A DNA stretch of 64,000 nucleotides, taken from contig OZ320313.1 of NCBI GenBank assembly GCA_976226885.1, positions 159,278,001-159,342,000 of the forward strand. Direction: 5' to 3'. A model generated the notes under the pieces. It was given only the letters and a program-made list of their open reading frames with translations. It did no database searches and had not been told where the DNA came from. Made by a program: the position numbers and the translations under genes. Source of the DNA: Iphione sp. A-MEVVRFRX5 (taxonomy: Eukaryota). Positions 23,430 to 35,900 of the stretch are shown here, in pieces; position 1 is the first letter of the stretch; each line of letters begins with the position of its first letter.

Positions 23430-23714
23430 CGTTGAGGATGTGAACCTGAATGGCTCCCGTGTCACGGTTGGACGAGCGGCAGATGTAGGTGCCGGCGTCA
23501 TCCATCTTGCTGTGCTTGATCACCAGCACGCTGATGAGCACTTTGGTCTCGATCTTCTTGGTGATGAGGATGCCGCTCTGTGCGTCCGAGTTGACCTTGA
23601 TGCCATTCTTGAACCACTCGACATCGTGCGGTGGGTCCGGCTTGCCGGTGGCATTACACACTAGGTGGACGGTAGTACTCTTCTCCACGTACTCCGTGCC
23701 TGTCACTTGCACGG
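23430..23714 (-). CDS. Second Ig domain exon of a zig-8/Dpr/lachesin-like two-Ig cell-surface protein
   Basis: ttgtcttgcag acceptor and AACG|gtgagt donor, phase 1/1; VHLVCNATG...VEWFKNG...LVIKHSKMDDAGTYICRSS has the Ig Cys, Trp and DxGxYxC signature. Confidence 0.92.
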
Positions 23715-25573
23715 CTGCAAGACAACCACACAGACACCGACGTCTGCCGGTTATTGAACGTGTACCAAAACTGGATAGTAATTAAGGCGTGGAAGTGGGA
23801 ACCGGTCATGTGGCCGACAGCTGCAAGGATTGGGTCTGAAGAGAAAGCCAGAGGTCTCCTCCACCTAGCTCCCTGCCATGATATATTCAACGGGCGGGGG
23901 GGAAGCAGTGTGAAAAAAATGGATAGGGCTATATATGAGCGGCTCCTGTAAATAGTAAGATGCTGGAGAAGGTTTAGTTCAGAGCCTGTTATGATCATTA
24001 TGGGATAATCCAGTTGGCTGTCCAGATAAGTAGAAAAAAATATGAAGGATGCTGGCATGCATGCACCCACAGAGTGGTGTGTTGCAGAAATGGTCAATGA
24101 GCATGTTTTTTTCACGAGATGTGTCAGATATAGCACTAGACGTATCACCTGTCGCCTAATCCCCATTAGTCAACATGAATGTTACTTACGACTGGCACTA
24201 TTTATACAGTCAACATTGCACGTTATTAGTTAAGTTGATGACCTTCCTCTCGTGCGTCCTGGCTTTACGTGAATAATAAGAATAATGAAATTAGAGCTAC
24301 TTTCTTCAGCCTTTTTGGAACCGAAGTAGGGGCCACTTATAATGCATGCTATACACAACCTTTTCAGTGCCAAAGGTTGGATGATTCAATAAGGTAAACG
24401 TATATCGATATATTTATATATTACATGACCAACATTTCATTTGCTTTGAAGATAAACATAGCATCGTGGCAATTAAGGTACTAAAAATAAAGCCACATGT
24501 GAATATTTACTACCTGAGGATACACCTCATATAGCTCGATCATTAATCTGAGTAAGATAAATCTGCAGCATTGCATTTTAATGCTGCATTACTTTCCTTG
24601 CGGTAAACTGACGAACGACCATCAATAAACTTAAAAGATCATTTTACTTTCCTACATTGAATTATTCCTGAAAGGACATCAATACATAAATAATATTGAT
24701 TCTCCCCCCATTAGTTCTCCCTTTAGTTTCCCCCACACTGTCGAAGAGTGCTGCAAAATGTGAAAATTGGAAAGGAAGAATCTAGCAAGCACTCGAAGTC
24801 CAACTCACAAATAAGATCCGCAACAGGAATCAAGGAGACCACACACCAAGGTCCTCATGTAATATAAAGAAACGTTTGTGTTAGGAAGCATCATCCCACG
24901 GGGTGAGTAGATAGAAGACAGAAGGAAAGACTGAGGCGGTTGCTTGAAAAACTATAGGATCAAGTGGGAAAATGATAATGCAAACATGAGCCCAATAATG
25001 TCGAGATTGACGTCCAGTTCCCTTGTGAATGTTCAACCGATAAAAAAAAGATGATTCTCTTTCTCTTCCATAGGATCCATCGTGGATGGTAAGCAATGTT
25101 AAATGGTTCCTGTGAGTTTTAGGTATTAGAAACACCGTTTCCTACGCTACACGAATCCGCACCAAACAACAAGGCTAGTATTATCAGCATGTGAAGCGCA
25201 AAGGAGACAGCGGTTATGGCGGCATTAGCAAAAGGAGGAATAGCAGCGGAGAGCCAAGCTGCAAGGTTAAAAAGTAAAAAGATCTAATGGAGCTTGGAAT
25301 GAATTCATATGAGACGGCTCCAGATGTTGTATATATCTAGAGGTGTTAAGGAGATGGCCGAGGTGATGAAGTCCCAATTAAAGAGCAGAAGTTGTAGCAC
25401 AAAAAATGAGAAAGAAATGGGGGTGGGTAAAGAAACTGTGCCGCTTTATTTTTCTTTATCACAAGGACAGACAGCCATGACGGACGGAAGGACTTTGTGA
25501 GGCGCCGCCCAGTGGTCGGGCGGGCGGGCCGTGGCAGCAGAGTGAGGGAGCCTGCAGTGACAGAGCCGAGATG

Positions 25574-25636
25574 CAGACAGAGCCAGAGACAAAGACAGAA
25601 AGAGAGACAGAGACAGAGAGAAAGGGATAGAGATAG
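25574..25636. repeat. (GA/GACA)-rich low-complexity tract
   Basis: cagacagagccagagacaaagacagaaagagagacagagacagagag seen directly. Confidence 0.8.
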
Positions 25637-27900
25637 TGAGCGGCAGCCGTGTATGATTCAAAGGCTTACCTGGACCAAGAGCAGGATATGGGTCGTCTGA
25701 AAAAGGAGAATAAGACCATCGGTACAGAATCTGGTTGTGAGCTACACAACGCTGACATTGCTAGTAGCGGTGAAGTGAGTGCAGACAACACAGGAGCACG
25801 CAAAGAGGTGCAAGAGTTGCTCGGAGGTAAAGAGGTGCTGTACACATGGAGGAGAGGGTTAAGCATGACAGAGTCGAGAGCACACCGCAGAAGATGTTAG
25901 TGAGGGAGCGCAGATAGTTACGGGTGATGAGATCAGTAGTGTGTGTTGGGGGTGGGTGGATGGGTGGCAGGTGGGGTAGAGGCGGTGCCTGACTGTGGCG
26001 GGGAGAGAAGGTGTCGAGATGAAAATATGGTGAGTGACTACTTTGAAAGCTCAGAGGATTTCAAATCGAAATGACTGCATCGCGTCCTTTTATGTATTTC
26101 TTATGTGAAGAACCTTTTGTTGCAAAAAAGTCCTTTATTAAAGTCATCCCAATCCCTAAACCAATAGACACTATCTCTACGCTCTGCGCAGGGAAATGAC
26201 TGTGAACCAGGCGCGCCAAGGACTTGAAAAATGTTGCTATGACAGTCGTACTTTCCCAAAGCCATATCAGGTATATAGAAAATAAGTGTATTCAAGAGTT
26301 TTTGCATAAAGAAGGGTATACCGTATGAACCAAGGGGACAGATGGGGATGACCGTACATATAGAAAGAACCAAAATCCCGTGCATCAGAGCAATATGAAC
26401 TTTAATTGGTAGTCAAAGACTTCGACTTAAATATTAGATAGTCAGACGTAAGTTTGCGGATCTTTAAAAATAGAATACAAGTTTATTGTTTTAACAGCAA
26501 GTACTCATTTGAAATTGTGGAGATTTGAAGCTGCAGGTACATGCAGCAAGTGGAGGATACAATCAGGAATTTTTATAACTTGAGGTAAATGTATCTAGTT
26601 TTGAATGTGACTGACTAATGGGTAGAGTTATCTTCAGATACAAATGAAACAAAAAAAAGCTAAGTTGAGAACCAAGTTGCTCGAGAGAAGTAGGCCTCCA
26701 TTAATTAGCTGTCGTTTCAGATAAAAACGAATGGCATTTTGATCAATAATTTTTAGGCTCAAGGCTTTCCCTCGATCTATGTGTTTCCAATAAGGAGTTT
26801 TCTTATAGAGAGCGCTATCGAGCCCTATCAAGTAGAACGTTATGGCTATATCATCGTTCTGCAGCTATCGTTGGTTGGCTGGAATTATTCATGTATGTAA
26901 ATATATAAATATAGGCATAATATCGTATATGTCGCCGTAAAGTCAAACTAGCAGTGCCAGCTACAAACTGTCATTGTGGCGCATATATATTTTTATTGCG
27001 GATGAGAGAGAAAATGAATACGCCCAAGGTGATAGCTGAATTGATGCTGTGGGTAATGAGGACATAATGTGTATGGAAGATGTGGTGGCAATTGGCCGCG
27101 GATAATGATGCGAATGATGGACCGATCAGCACACGCTGGAAAAGGATGAGGGGAAAACGATTGAGGGCTTGATGACAACACATGAAAGCTGCCTGCGGCG
27201 CAGTGGAAAAGAAAAGAGTCGCGTGCAGTGTCTCCAGACTTAAAAGAACAAAACCAAAACCAAATGGAAATTTAACAATAACAACAAGCTTGATCTTGAA
27301 TCGTTTTTTTTTTCATTAAAAAGGGAGAGCCGTCATTGCGATTCGGGTCTGTTGCTGTCGTGACGAGAGAGCATCGATATTGTGTGCCGCTTAGCAAGCA
27401 CAGGAAATTCAAGCAGGGGCCTCGGGCATCCGACCTATGCGATTAAGACCTCTTGGAAGACCTGCACTTGGCGAGTAGACATGGGATATCCTCCACCCTC
27501 GAAATGCACGATGTACCAGGCAACGGCGGCTTTGAAGTGCGATACCACCGTTCCGAAAAAAAGGCGTTCTTCCTGAGTGGTGTTGACAAATGCGCCAAAT
27601 TGTGCATGTGAGCCTGGTATAGCTGTCCCGGCGCTGGGAACTTCCTGCACACCCTGGCGGCATCGGACGGTGTCGACCGGGGCGGGCGGCGACTACTGAT
27701 AGATGTGTTTTGCTCGCGGGGTAACAAAGGCTCGATCAATGGGCGTCGTGTTGCGTTATTCTGAGTGGCAAGAAATAATGCCAGTGAAGATGTGTAGCCC
27801 CAGGGGCTCGCCGTACAGGAGGATGGTCGCTGATGAATTGTTCACTCCGCCCTCGTTTCACGCTGCCACCCGTGAGCAGCTCTTTTATGCCGAGTCACTG

Positions 27901-27902
<2 letters not shown>

Positions 27903-27954
<52 letters not shown>
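27903..27954. repeat. (TC)n microsatellite
   Basis: Perfect run of about 26 units, seen directly. Confidence 0.97.
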
Positions 27955-27958
<4 letters not shown>

Positions 27959-30934
27959 CCTCTCTCCTCCAGCGTGCTGCCGTCTGCTCTCGGAACTCGC
28001 CCTCCTTGCCACAATTACTGCCCCATCAGCCTCCACCGGCGACCGCTAGGAGAACATGCAACACCCCCCGCTGTCCAGCTGAAGTTTTGACGTGGTGGGA
28101 AGACAGATGGGTTACCCGACGCACATACACCGTAGCCGCGAGCACAACCTGAAGAGCAGCTCAGAGCTCCGAGGGCGGCAGCGCCTGAGGGAGGTTAAGG
28201 CTGGAACGCAGATAGTTACGGTCGCGTTACCGAGCGAAGCTTCCTGGTCTTGCACCTATCTCATGTCAACGAGGGTCCCTTGTTGAGCCCATCAGGCTGA
28301 CCCTCTTATCGCTGTGCTTACATTGTTCATTATTTCTCCCGCTCCTATTTATCATCATGTAGCGCACTGTTGAGTGACCCAGCAGTTACCGTAAAGCGCG
28401 TCTTGCTGGTAGCAGCTCACGACTGAGCAATGTCAACTCCCTGTGGGATGAAACATTGCCTCCAAGCAGTACCACAGGAACCTCGCGGAGAAGTCACATG
28501 ATTTCTTAGGGGCTCTTTCTTCACTTTGTCTCTGATCCTTTAAGTAGCTCATTAGTGTCAGCACCGGCACTTTGACAGCCACCTTCTGGGAATATGGACT
28601 CCTCTGGGAGCCTTTCGCAGACCATTATCTTGGTTTATGATGCCTTCCAGCACATAGACCAGCAAATCTGTTTGTGGGCAGCCTACTGTTGGCGAACAGC
28701 ATGAACCTATTTCCGCAAAGTTTGTTCTAAGATGTAAGACGTCCTGAAAAAGGCACATCTGTGGAGGTTTAACCGTTGCACGCTAATCATGAAACATTGC
28801 ATGATCTGTTTCTTATACTATGACGAAACACTACCCAACGAATTAACGACAAGTCATAACCATAAAAATAAGCTTCGTTGACGTGAATACATACAGACAT
28901 GTACATCATGTGTACAAAATATCGAAACAATTGTATGATAAAGATGCGTCGGTATTGATATCAATAAAATGATGTCTTCTATGTTTTCCACGTGTAGCTG
29001 GCAGCTGTCCATTCCATATCATGGTAATGAAAGAAAGACGAGGAATATACATGTATAAACCAATAAAGAATGTTCTTTTTCCCCACTAAGATTAGCTTGG
29101 CATGCAGGCACAACATGCAGTTAATGAGGCATCTAGATAATACCACAACTGCCCCTTTGAAGCGGAATCTTTGACAATGACCTTAAACCTTTTTCATATT
29201 TGCTTAAATATAGCCTGCCATTACTATCTAAACACGTACGTATGGGCATAGGGAGAATGCAGAATTGCACACATAACGGCGAAGCCAAGCACCCCTGAAC
29301 CTTTTAATATGAAACGACTCAAATGAAGCCCCGTTACCTTGAGCTATAACATTTTCCTGGCCAGAATAAAAAAGAAAAACAGTAGCAAAATAACAACCCT
29401 TCCTCACTTCAATGGCAATGCAGAATACTTTTCTCACCCTCGAAAAACTCTAATAACGGTGGCATGCCGTTTGAAACGCAGTACTTTAGGCCACTGCAGA
29501 TCGGCGGGAACAACTTCATGTACGAAATACATGCATGCTGCCTATTATCAGTATTATCAGTACTAATAGATTAGGATAGTGCTATCACTGAACTGTTAAA
29601 TGGGGATGCTCAGATAGTATTTTACCTTCCAATAATCTACTACCTACGAATCCGAAATGAGCCACATAACCACTGGATTCTCAACACTTCACACGCTCAG
29701 AGGGTATTTATTACCTGTTATTACTTTCTTGGATTGCTTGCCATCTCCAAGCAGGAAGAAGTGGCAATCAAGGTCTGTAATTGGACTCGTCAGGTGATAT
29801 GAACGATGGAGTGCCGTTGAAGGGAGACTTAATCAGTGCGCTTCTAAACACCCGAATCTTGTGTTGAATTTTTAAACCCTGGGCCCAGCAAGGCGGCGGA
29901 TTATCCACGCGAATCTCTCAACCACATCCTCCCAACCTTTGCACGGTGGACTGCGGAGACAGTTATGTCTCTCCACGGGGACTGCTGCCGCGAACGCCGC
30001 ATGCATAATTGAATACCGCAGCATCTTGCCGAGCTTGCTTGAAAGGTCAGCCACCACCCGGCAACGCTGCACATCAGTTCGAGCGGCGCATTGTTGGGCC
30101 CTCAAATACATACTCACGTCGACTACAAACTCCCAACTTTCCTCGTCGGCACGGCTCTTGGGAATTTTCACTGTCCGTACAATCCATCATCGCCGTTCCC
30201 ATTATGCATATCTACGGCGAGTGTATAGACTTCGTTCAAGCTATTTATTTCTGGCGCAAGACAAGGAAACTGTAATAAACGGCAAGAGACTGGAATTCTT
30301 TCTCCATTTCTTTTGCCTACATGCCCTGTCTCGAAGTCTTTCTTTATCCCTGAAGTCCTCTCACGAACGTTATGTTTTATTCTTTCGCGTTAAAAAAAAG
30401 AAGGAAATATGTCAAAACAATGGGATCTTTTGGTCGAAGCTTCAAGCCCACTTCGGTGAACGGTCCACAAGAGACAATGCTTTTTCCCATATGTTAGCAC
30501 TACTGCTAATAAAGCCAAGTGCTAGGCTCCCACAGCTAGAGTTGGTGGGGAAGGATGATGCTATCATCTGAGATCATTAATCTTCTCAAGGGAACGGCTC
30601 TACTAGAGAGCTTTCAGCTTGATTTAACAGCAGGATCAGTAAAAATCTACCCCGAGAGCATCACTAATCTCCGATCAGGCACAATTGTCAAAAATTATGT
30701 CCTGGAGTGGAAGACGAAGATTCATGTGGCATCATGACAAGCAATTATCCTGTACTATGGCTTTTACGGAGGAGGGGATGCAAATTATACGGAAGTAAAG
30801 GGGAGTTACGAAAGAAGTCTTTAACACATTTCTTCACTGTCTTTCTTACGTGTCCCAGTTGCTCCATTTTATCTGACGACAGTCAATGAGCGACGTTGTC
30901 TAGACACGGAAAGAAGCTACATAAATAACATGTA

Positions 30935-31112
30935 CAGTGGAATCTCTATTTGCGACCACATCGATTTCCAACCACTCTGGCCATTACGACCAGCACAGCC
31001 TGGCACAAAAGTTTGGATTCTATATTTAACAATAATCTGTTTATGACCAAATTCAGCATTATGACCAGTTGAGCTTGGCCCGAAGTGGCGGTCGTGAATA
31101 TAGATTCAACTG
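30935..31112. mobile_element. Short older MITE related to the 9271-9847 element
   Basis: Left TIR CAGTGGAATCTCTATTTGCGACC after TA; right end GGTCGTGAATATAGATTCAACTG (19/23 match to its reverse complement); internal ACGACC/ATGACC subrepeats; right TSD reads TG. Confidence 0.7.
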
Positions 31113-32784
31113 TGGTTGAGTATATCTTGAATATAAAAGACATTGTTTGGACTTTGTAATATGACCCACGAGCTTGGGTGTCTAATTTCATTGTTCTGAT
31201 TGTTTCTTTCTAGTACGATACTGGTGGTTTGTATAAACAAATTTTTGAGTAGACACGTTATCGATTCTTTTCCTGGCGCAATTCTAAGGATAGATCAGAA
31301 TGTCTCTTACCTTTGTTATGCAGAGCTAGACACAATAACCCACGTATTTCTCTTGCACAATTACACTACCTGACCATCCAGGCTAATGATCTTCTAGCAT
31401 GCACCTTTTTATTACTTTTTTTCTATAGTCAATTCATTCCACGTTGTCTTTATGGCTATTGTTGAAAGCTACTTTGAATATAACGCTAGGAATATATTCA
31501 AGATTACGTTGATGCATGGCGAATCTAACCACACCTTGCAACGTTCAGAAGTTATTTTTTATCGTGAGGCCTTGTGGAATTACTCTAAACACTGCACAGA
31601 CTCTCACCTTGAAATTCTCCCGACATTGCTGAGTTTGTTTCTATCACGAAGTAACTGATTGCAAGCAAGAGGATTCCTCTGTACGATGCCATCATATATC
31701 CTTCTGTATGCAAGTGCAACACTTCACGTTCCTAGCCGAGTGCAATATAGTTTGGATGGAGACCCTTATATATACTCACAGAGTTTATTATAGGGCCGCC
31801 CGTTTGTCATGCTGTTCCATATGCAGAACTGACAAGTCCTACATTCATCTATGATGTGCCATTTGTCCGGAACCACATTAGTCCTAACTACTGTCCTGTT
31901 ATACTGACTCGGCCAGCTCAAAATCGATGGACTCGCATGGGGCACACATCTAAGCTCTGTCCTGATCATCAGAATAATCATGTCATTTTCCGTGTGTTTT
32001 CTGAGAAGTATGTCATGAGCCTATGATTTAATGTGATAAAATAAAGGTACAGATACAGAGATGCATGCGTTATGTACATCTAGCTGGCTAACGACGATGT
32101 TGTCTTGCCTATAGTACTTTGTATGTGTGTGGTGCCTTTCAAATGACTAATACATGTACACTTGGAAATCCCACTACAAAATTCGCGAACAGTAAAAGCA
32201 CCTCTGATTGACCTGCAGTATAGAGTCAAAAAACCAGTTAGTATTACAATGGAGGAAGCAAACACACGCACTGCTGTATACAATCAAGGATTAATATCAC
32301 CGTAGTAGGGACGTGTGACAACTTATCCTTCGTCAAATGTGTCAGTAAAAGTGGATGCAGGTAAAGAGAACAGGTTGATTGATGGAGTAGTTAGTACCTT
32401 TGAAGTGTTATTCTTATTGTTACAAAAGGAAACACTGGAACTGAAATGGATACATAATTAACAGTTATAAATCAACGATTTACAGTTATAAACCATTATG
32501 TGATATAAGTGGCCTCTACCTCATCATGAGAAGAAAGAACTCAAAGTCCCAGCGTAAGATTGAAGAGAATACCACGAAATAGCTGGCGGAAACATAATAA
32601 TTTTTTTCTGTACGTCGTTTGGCAGTGATTGCACTAGTTGTTATCCATTATCATAAATTAATGTTTTATTATGCTCCATACAAAGACGGGCACGTTAATG
32701 TCGGTGACTGACAGACGGACATAGACTGATAACAGAGCGACATAATATAAAATAGGTTCGTATATAGAGAAGCATGATACTGAC

Positions 32785-32998
32785 TCTTTACGTTGAGCTT
32801 GATATCATAGGTGGTTGACTCCTGCTTGGTGGAGATGGCACATGAATAGATTCCCTCGTCGCTCGGGCGCACGTCCTGGATGATGAGGCTCCACTCATTC
32901 GTCCTTTGATTATAGTCGACGCCGATACGCGTGTCACCGACGAAGGTGTAGAGCCCGATGGTGAGCGGATGATTCTGCGACATCTTCCGCCATGTTAC
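32785..32998 (-). CDS. C-terminal half of the first Ig domain of the same two-Ig protein (VTWRKMSQNHPLTIGLYTFVGDTR...WSLIIQDVRPSDEGIYSCAISTK...KLNVK)
   Basis: tttgtcaccccaaacag acceptor in phase 0; A|gtcagt donor in phase 1 joins the 23714 exon as KLNVK-T-VQVTG; the W...PLTIG..TF..D.R and DEGxYxC pattern is typical of Dpr/zig-8 Ig1. Confidence 0.88.
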
Positions 32999-35900
32999 CT
33001 GTTTGGGGTGACAAAGGAGAAGGTTCCCGATACTCGTATATCTTCATAATGGTAAACAGGGACACAGTATCCGACTCGACAATAGGAAGGGAATACAAAT
33101 CTTTCATCAGCAAGATAATCATCACAGTAACGGCAGCCGCCAAGATAAGGGCAGAAAGTGTGATTATGAACTGCTCTCTGAGCTACTTAGTCAAGTTCTA
33201 AACACACAATAAACGGAAAGCACCCAATATTATTCTCTGCCAGACACAAACACTTTTTTGCGTGTCCCCTTCCAAACAACCCCATGAAAAACATATCTAA
33301 ACCAAACCACTAAGTGCATCATCAGACAGGACTAGTTCAGTTACTTAGGACGTGTGTATAACATTGTGTTATATAACCAGTATGTTATACATGTAGTCGG
33401 CCGGCAACTAAATCCCCACACGTATACGTGTACATAGCAAGTTCCATCCACTTACCCGAAACAAAGTGGCTCAGCCTATATTCATATTATGAAGCTGCCA
33501 GCAACTTGCACGCATGGATTTACATGGAAAACTAGCCCTGGCAGGAAAATTCATTCTTCGCTTGCTTTTTCTTCACGAGGTTCAGTTTGTTGATTGGTTA
33601 CAGCTTGGTTATAAAACTAAAAGGTTGAGACCTCTTCCAGATGGATAAGTAATCATTGCTAGCCACTGAAAGAAGGATTGGGTCAGGATTTGCCCCAGGG
33701 AACCGACCCAAATAGATCTTACCGAACCACTAATGAACATATCTACAACCCTACAAGAGCAGCCGTTTACATACCTACCTGCTGTAACACCTGCGTAACC
33801 TGCTAACTTACAGGTGGAACTCAAAACTACATGTATGGCTAGGGCATATGTACATGTAATATATACACGTTTTCAATACTTTCCTTTGAGGCATAAGATC
33901 AGCGAACTGCAGAGCCATTATTTTAATGTTTTGTTTGAGCTTCAACAAAGGTTCACAACCAACAGTTGTGCCCATACTTAGATTTACCATAGAGAAATTG
34001 TTAAGCTCATCAGCATGAGATTCTCACAAGAATGAAATGGCATTAGTAGCGATAGGATTAAGGGGAAGCAAAAGTAGGAAAGAGTATAGAGGATAGGCAA
34101 AAAGGGTTAAGCAGATACAATGAGCTTGCGAGGGGCTGTTGGTGGTGGTGGGGGGGGGGGGGGGCTAGGACGTTAGGTCGGCGCCGACCCCAGATGTTTT
34201 GATTGTCTCCTGAGGCCCGTGTCGTAGAGGGTGGCTGTGTATGATGTATGGCAGGAGAGGCCTGATTTGTGTTACCAATGCGGCTAGGCCTGGCGTAGAT
34301 GGCGGTGTCTGCCGACATACGAGGCCAGCGACTCCGCATAGCCCTGGGGTTAGGGCTGGCGCGTGCATCCGTCCGCGCCTGATGTCCTCTGCACCACAAA
34401 GGGTTCTGGTGTGCGCCTCCCAAGGCACACGCCGAGATAATTCTTGCCTTTGTTCTACCCAAGGACCACATCAAAAGCCCCTCCACCCTCGACACAGGAC
34501 AACTGGGAAGCGAACGTCGTATATGATCGCCCACTGTTGAAAGTGGAACAACACATTGCTATTCTGTTGCAGCCCGTAAAGCACAACTACTGTCACGTCA
34601 GCAAAGCTAAATATCAGGGGAGGGGAGAGGACCCTTTTTTTATGTATATCCGCATCAGAGTAAAATGTGTTCCAAAGACCAACGCTGGATTGGAGACCGT
34701 CCCTTATTATAGAAGATTCTATGCCATAACCTTTCTGTCTCTGCCACAAGGGTGATGTACGGACTGTCTCTGTTTGACAAAACTTATTGGATGACCAATT
34801 CAGTCTATGGCATATGTGTCCCCTAGGGCTGCCCATCAATGTGTGTATAAATAGACGCTGTATTGCTGATAGTCACATTTGCGGTGCAATCACAATGAAA
34901 GGCTAATAGTGGCGGCAGGGCGAGGTGGAAATCCTCGTGGCCTCTCCTCCAAATTATCACACGCTCGGTGACTTGTTGGATTTGCTGGGTACCTTGGCTA
35001 GGGCATAAAAGCCTTCTCTGTTGACCTGGCAAGATTAGCCAGAGACGGGTAGGGTCTGAAAGGTGTCAGATTAAGAAGTATGCCCAGGCCCGCGCGGCTA
35101 AGCCGGCACACTTTGTGCCGTAATTTGTGAGTATCGGTGGCGGTGGAGAGCGATACGGTGCAGCTGTAAGGACTGCGGCCACCTAAATGAAGATGAGTGG
35201 CTCGTGGCAATCAGGAGCAGCTCGCCTTTGGCGACGGCGTAAGCTCAGCCCTCTAGCCCAGGTGGAGGGGGGGAGGGGTAGGGGTCCTAAGGACGGCTCC
35301 ATCACTCCCGCAGCTCATCCCCACTGCTGCGTCCGTCTTACACACACAAACCAGGGTGGCCGTCCACGCTTGTAGTCCTTATGTAGGCCGGCCATCTCTG
35401 GTTATCTTGGCTCTGGCTAGGAATATTGAGTCTAATGTACATCTGAATATGTGCTAGCATTTCCATTAACGACAAATGTCTCTTCTTGAAGCCTCACCGC
35501 CACAAAAAAAATGACAAAAACCCCACCCGACATAGACCTATTCTACAGCTAGATCGGACGCAAGCCATTTGACGGAGCTTCATCACCACAGGACCTACCC
35601 TCTCCCCCTGTAGGTTTCAATAAATTAAAATGCCCATTGATACGGGAGACGCCCTAGTAAATAAAACTGGTAACTATGCTTGTCTGATCTCTAACTTTGG
35701 TATGACTTCAGAAACAGGAAGGTTTAATTGATACAACTGCCTATCTTTGGCAACTGAGACAGTGTAATCGGGCTACTGAAATTGAACTGGCAAATGATAC
35801 AATCCAACCAGTGATTTTTCTTAGTCTTTTAAACTGTAATCTATGATATATGGCCTTTAGATCTTATTACCGTTGCTGTGGTATCTTTGAGATCGCAGCT

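Noticed and set aside
25909-28221. Exact 15-mer CGCAGATAGTTACGG at 25909 and 28207
   Set aside because: One or two 15-mer repeats are expected by chance in 64 kb.
34231-34308. LINE ORF1 zinc-knuckle-like remnant (PDLCYQCG*AWRRWRC); similar hints at 46960-47200 (-)
   Set aside because: His ligand missing, spacing off and stops present; probably TE-derived but not assignable.
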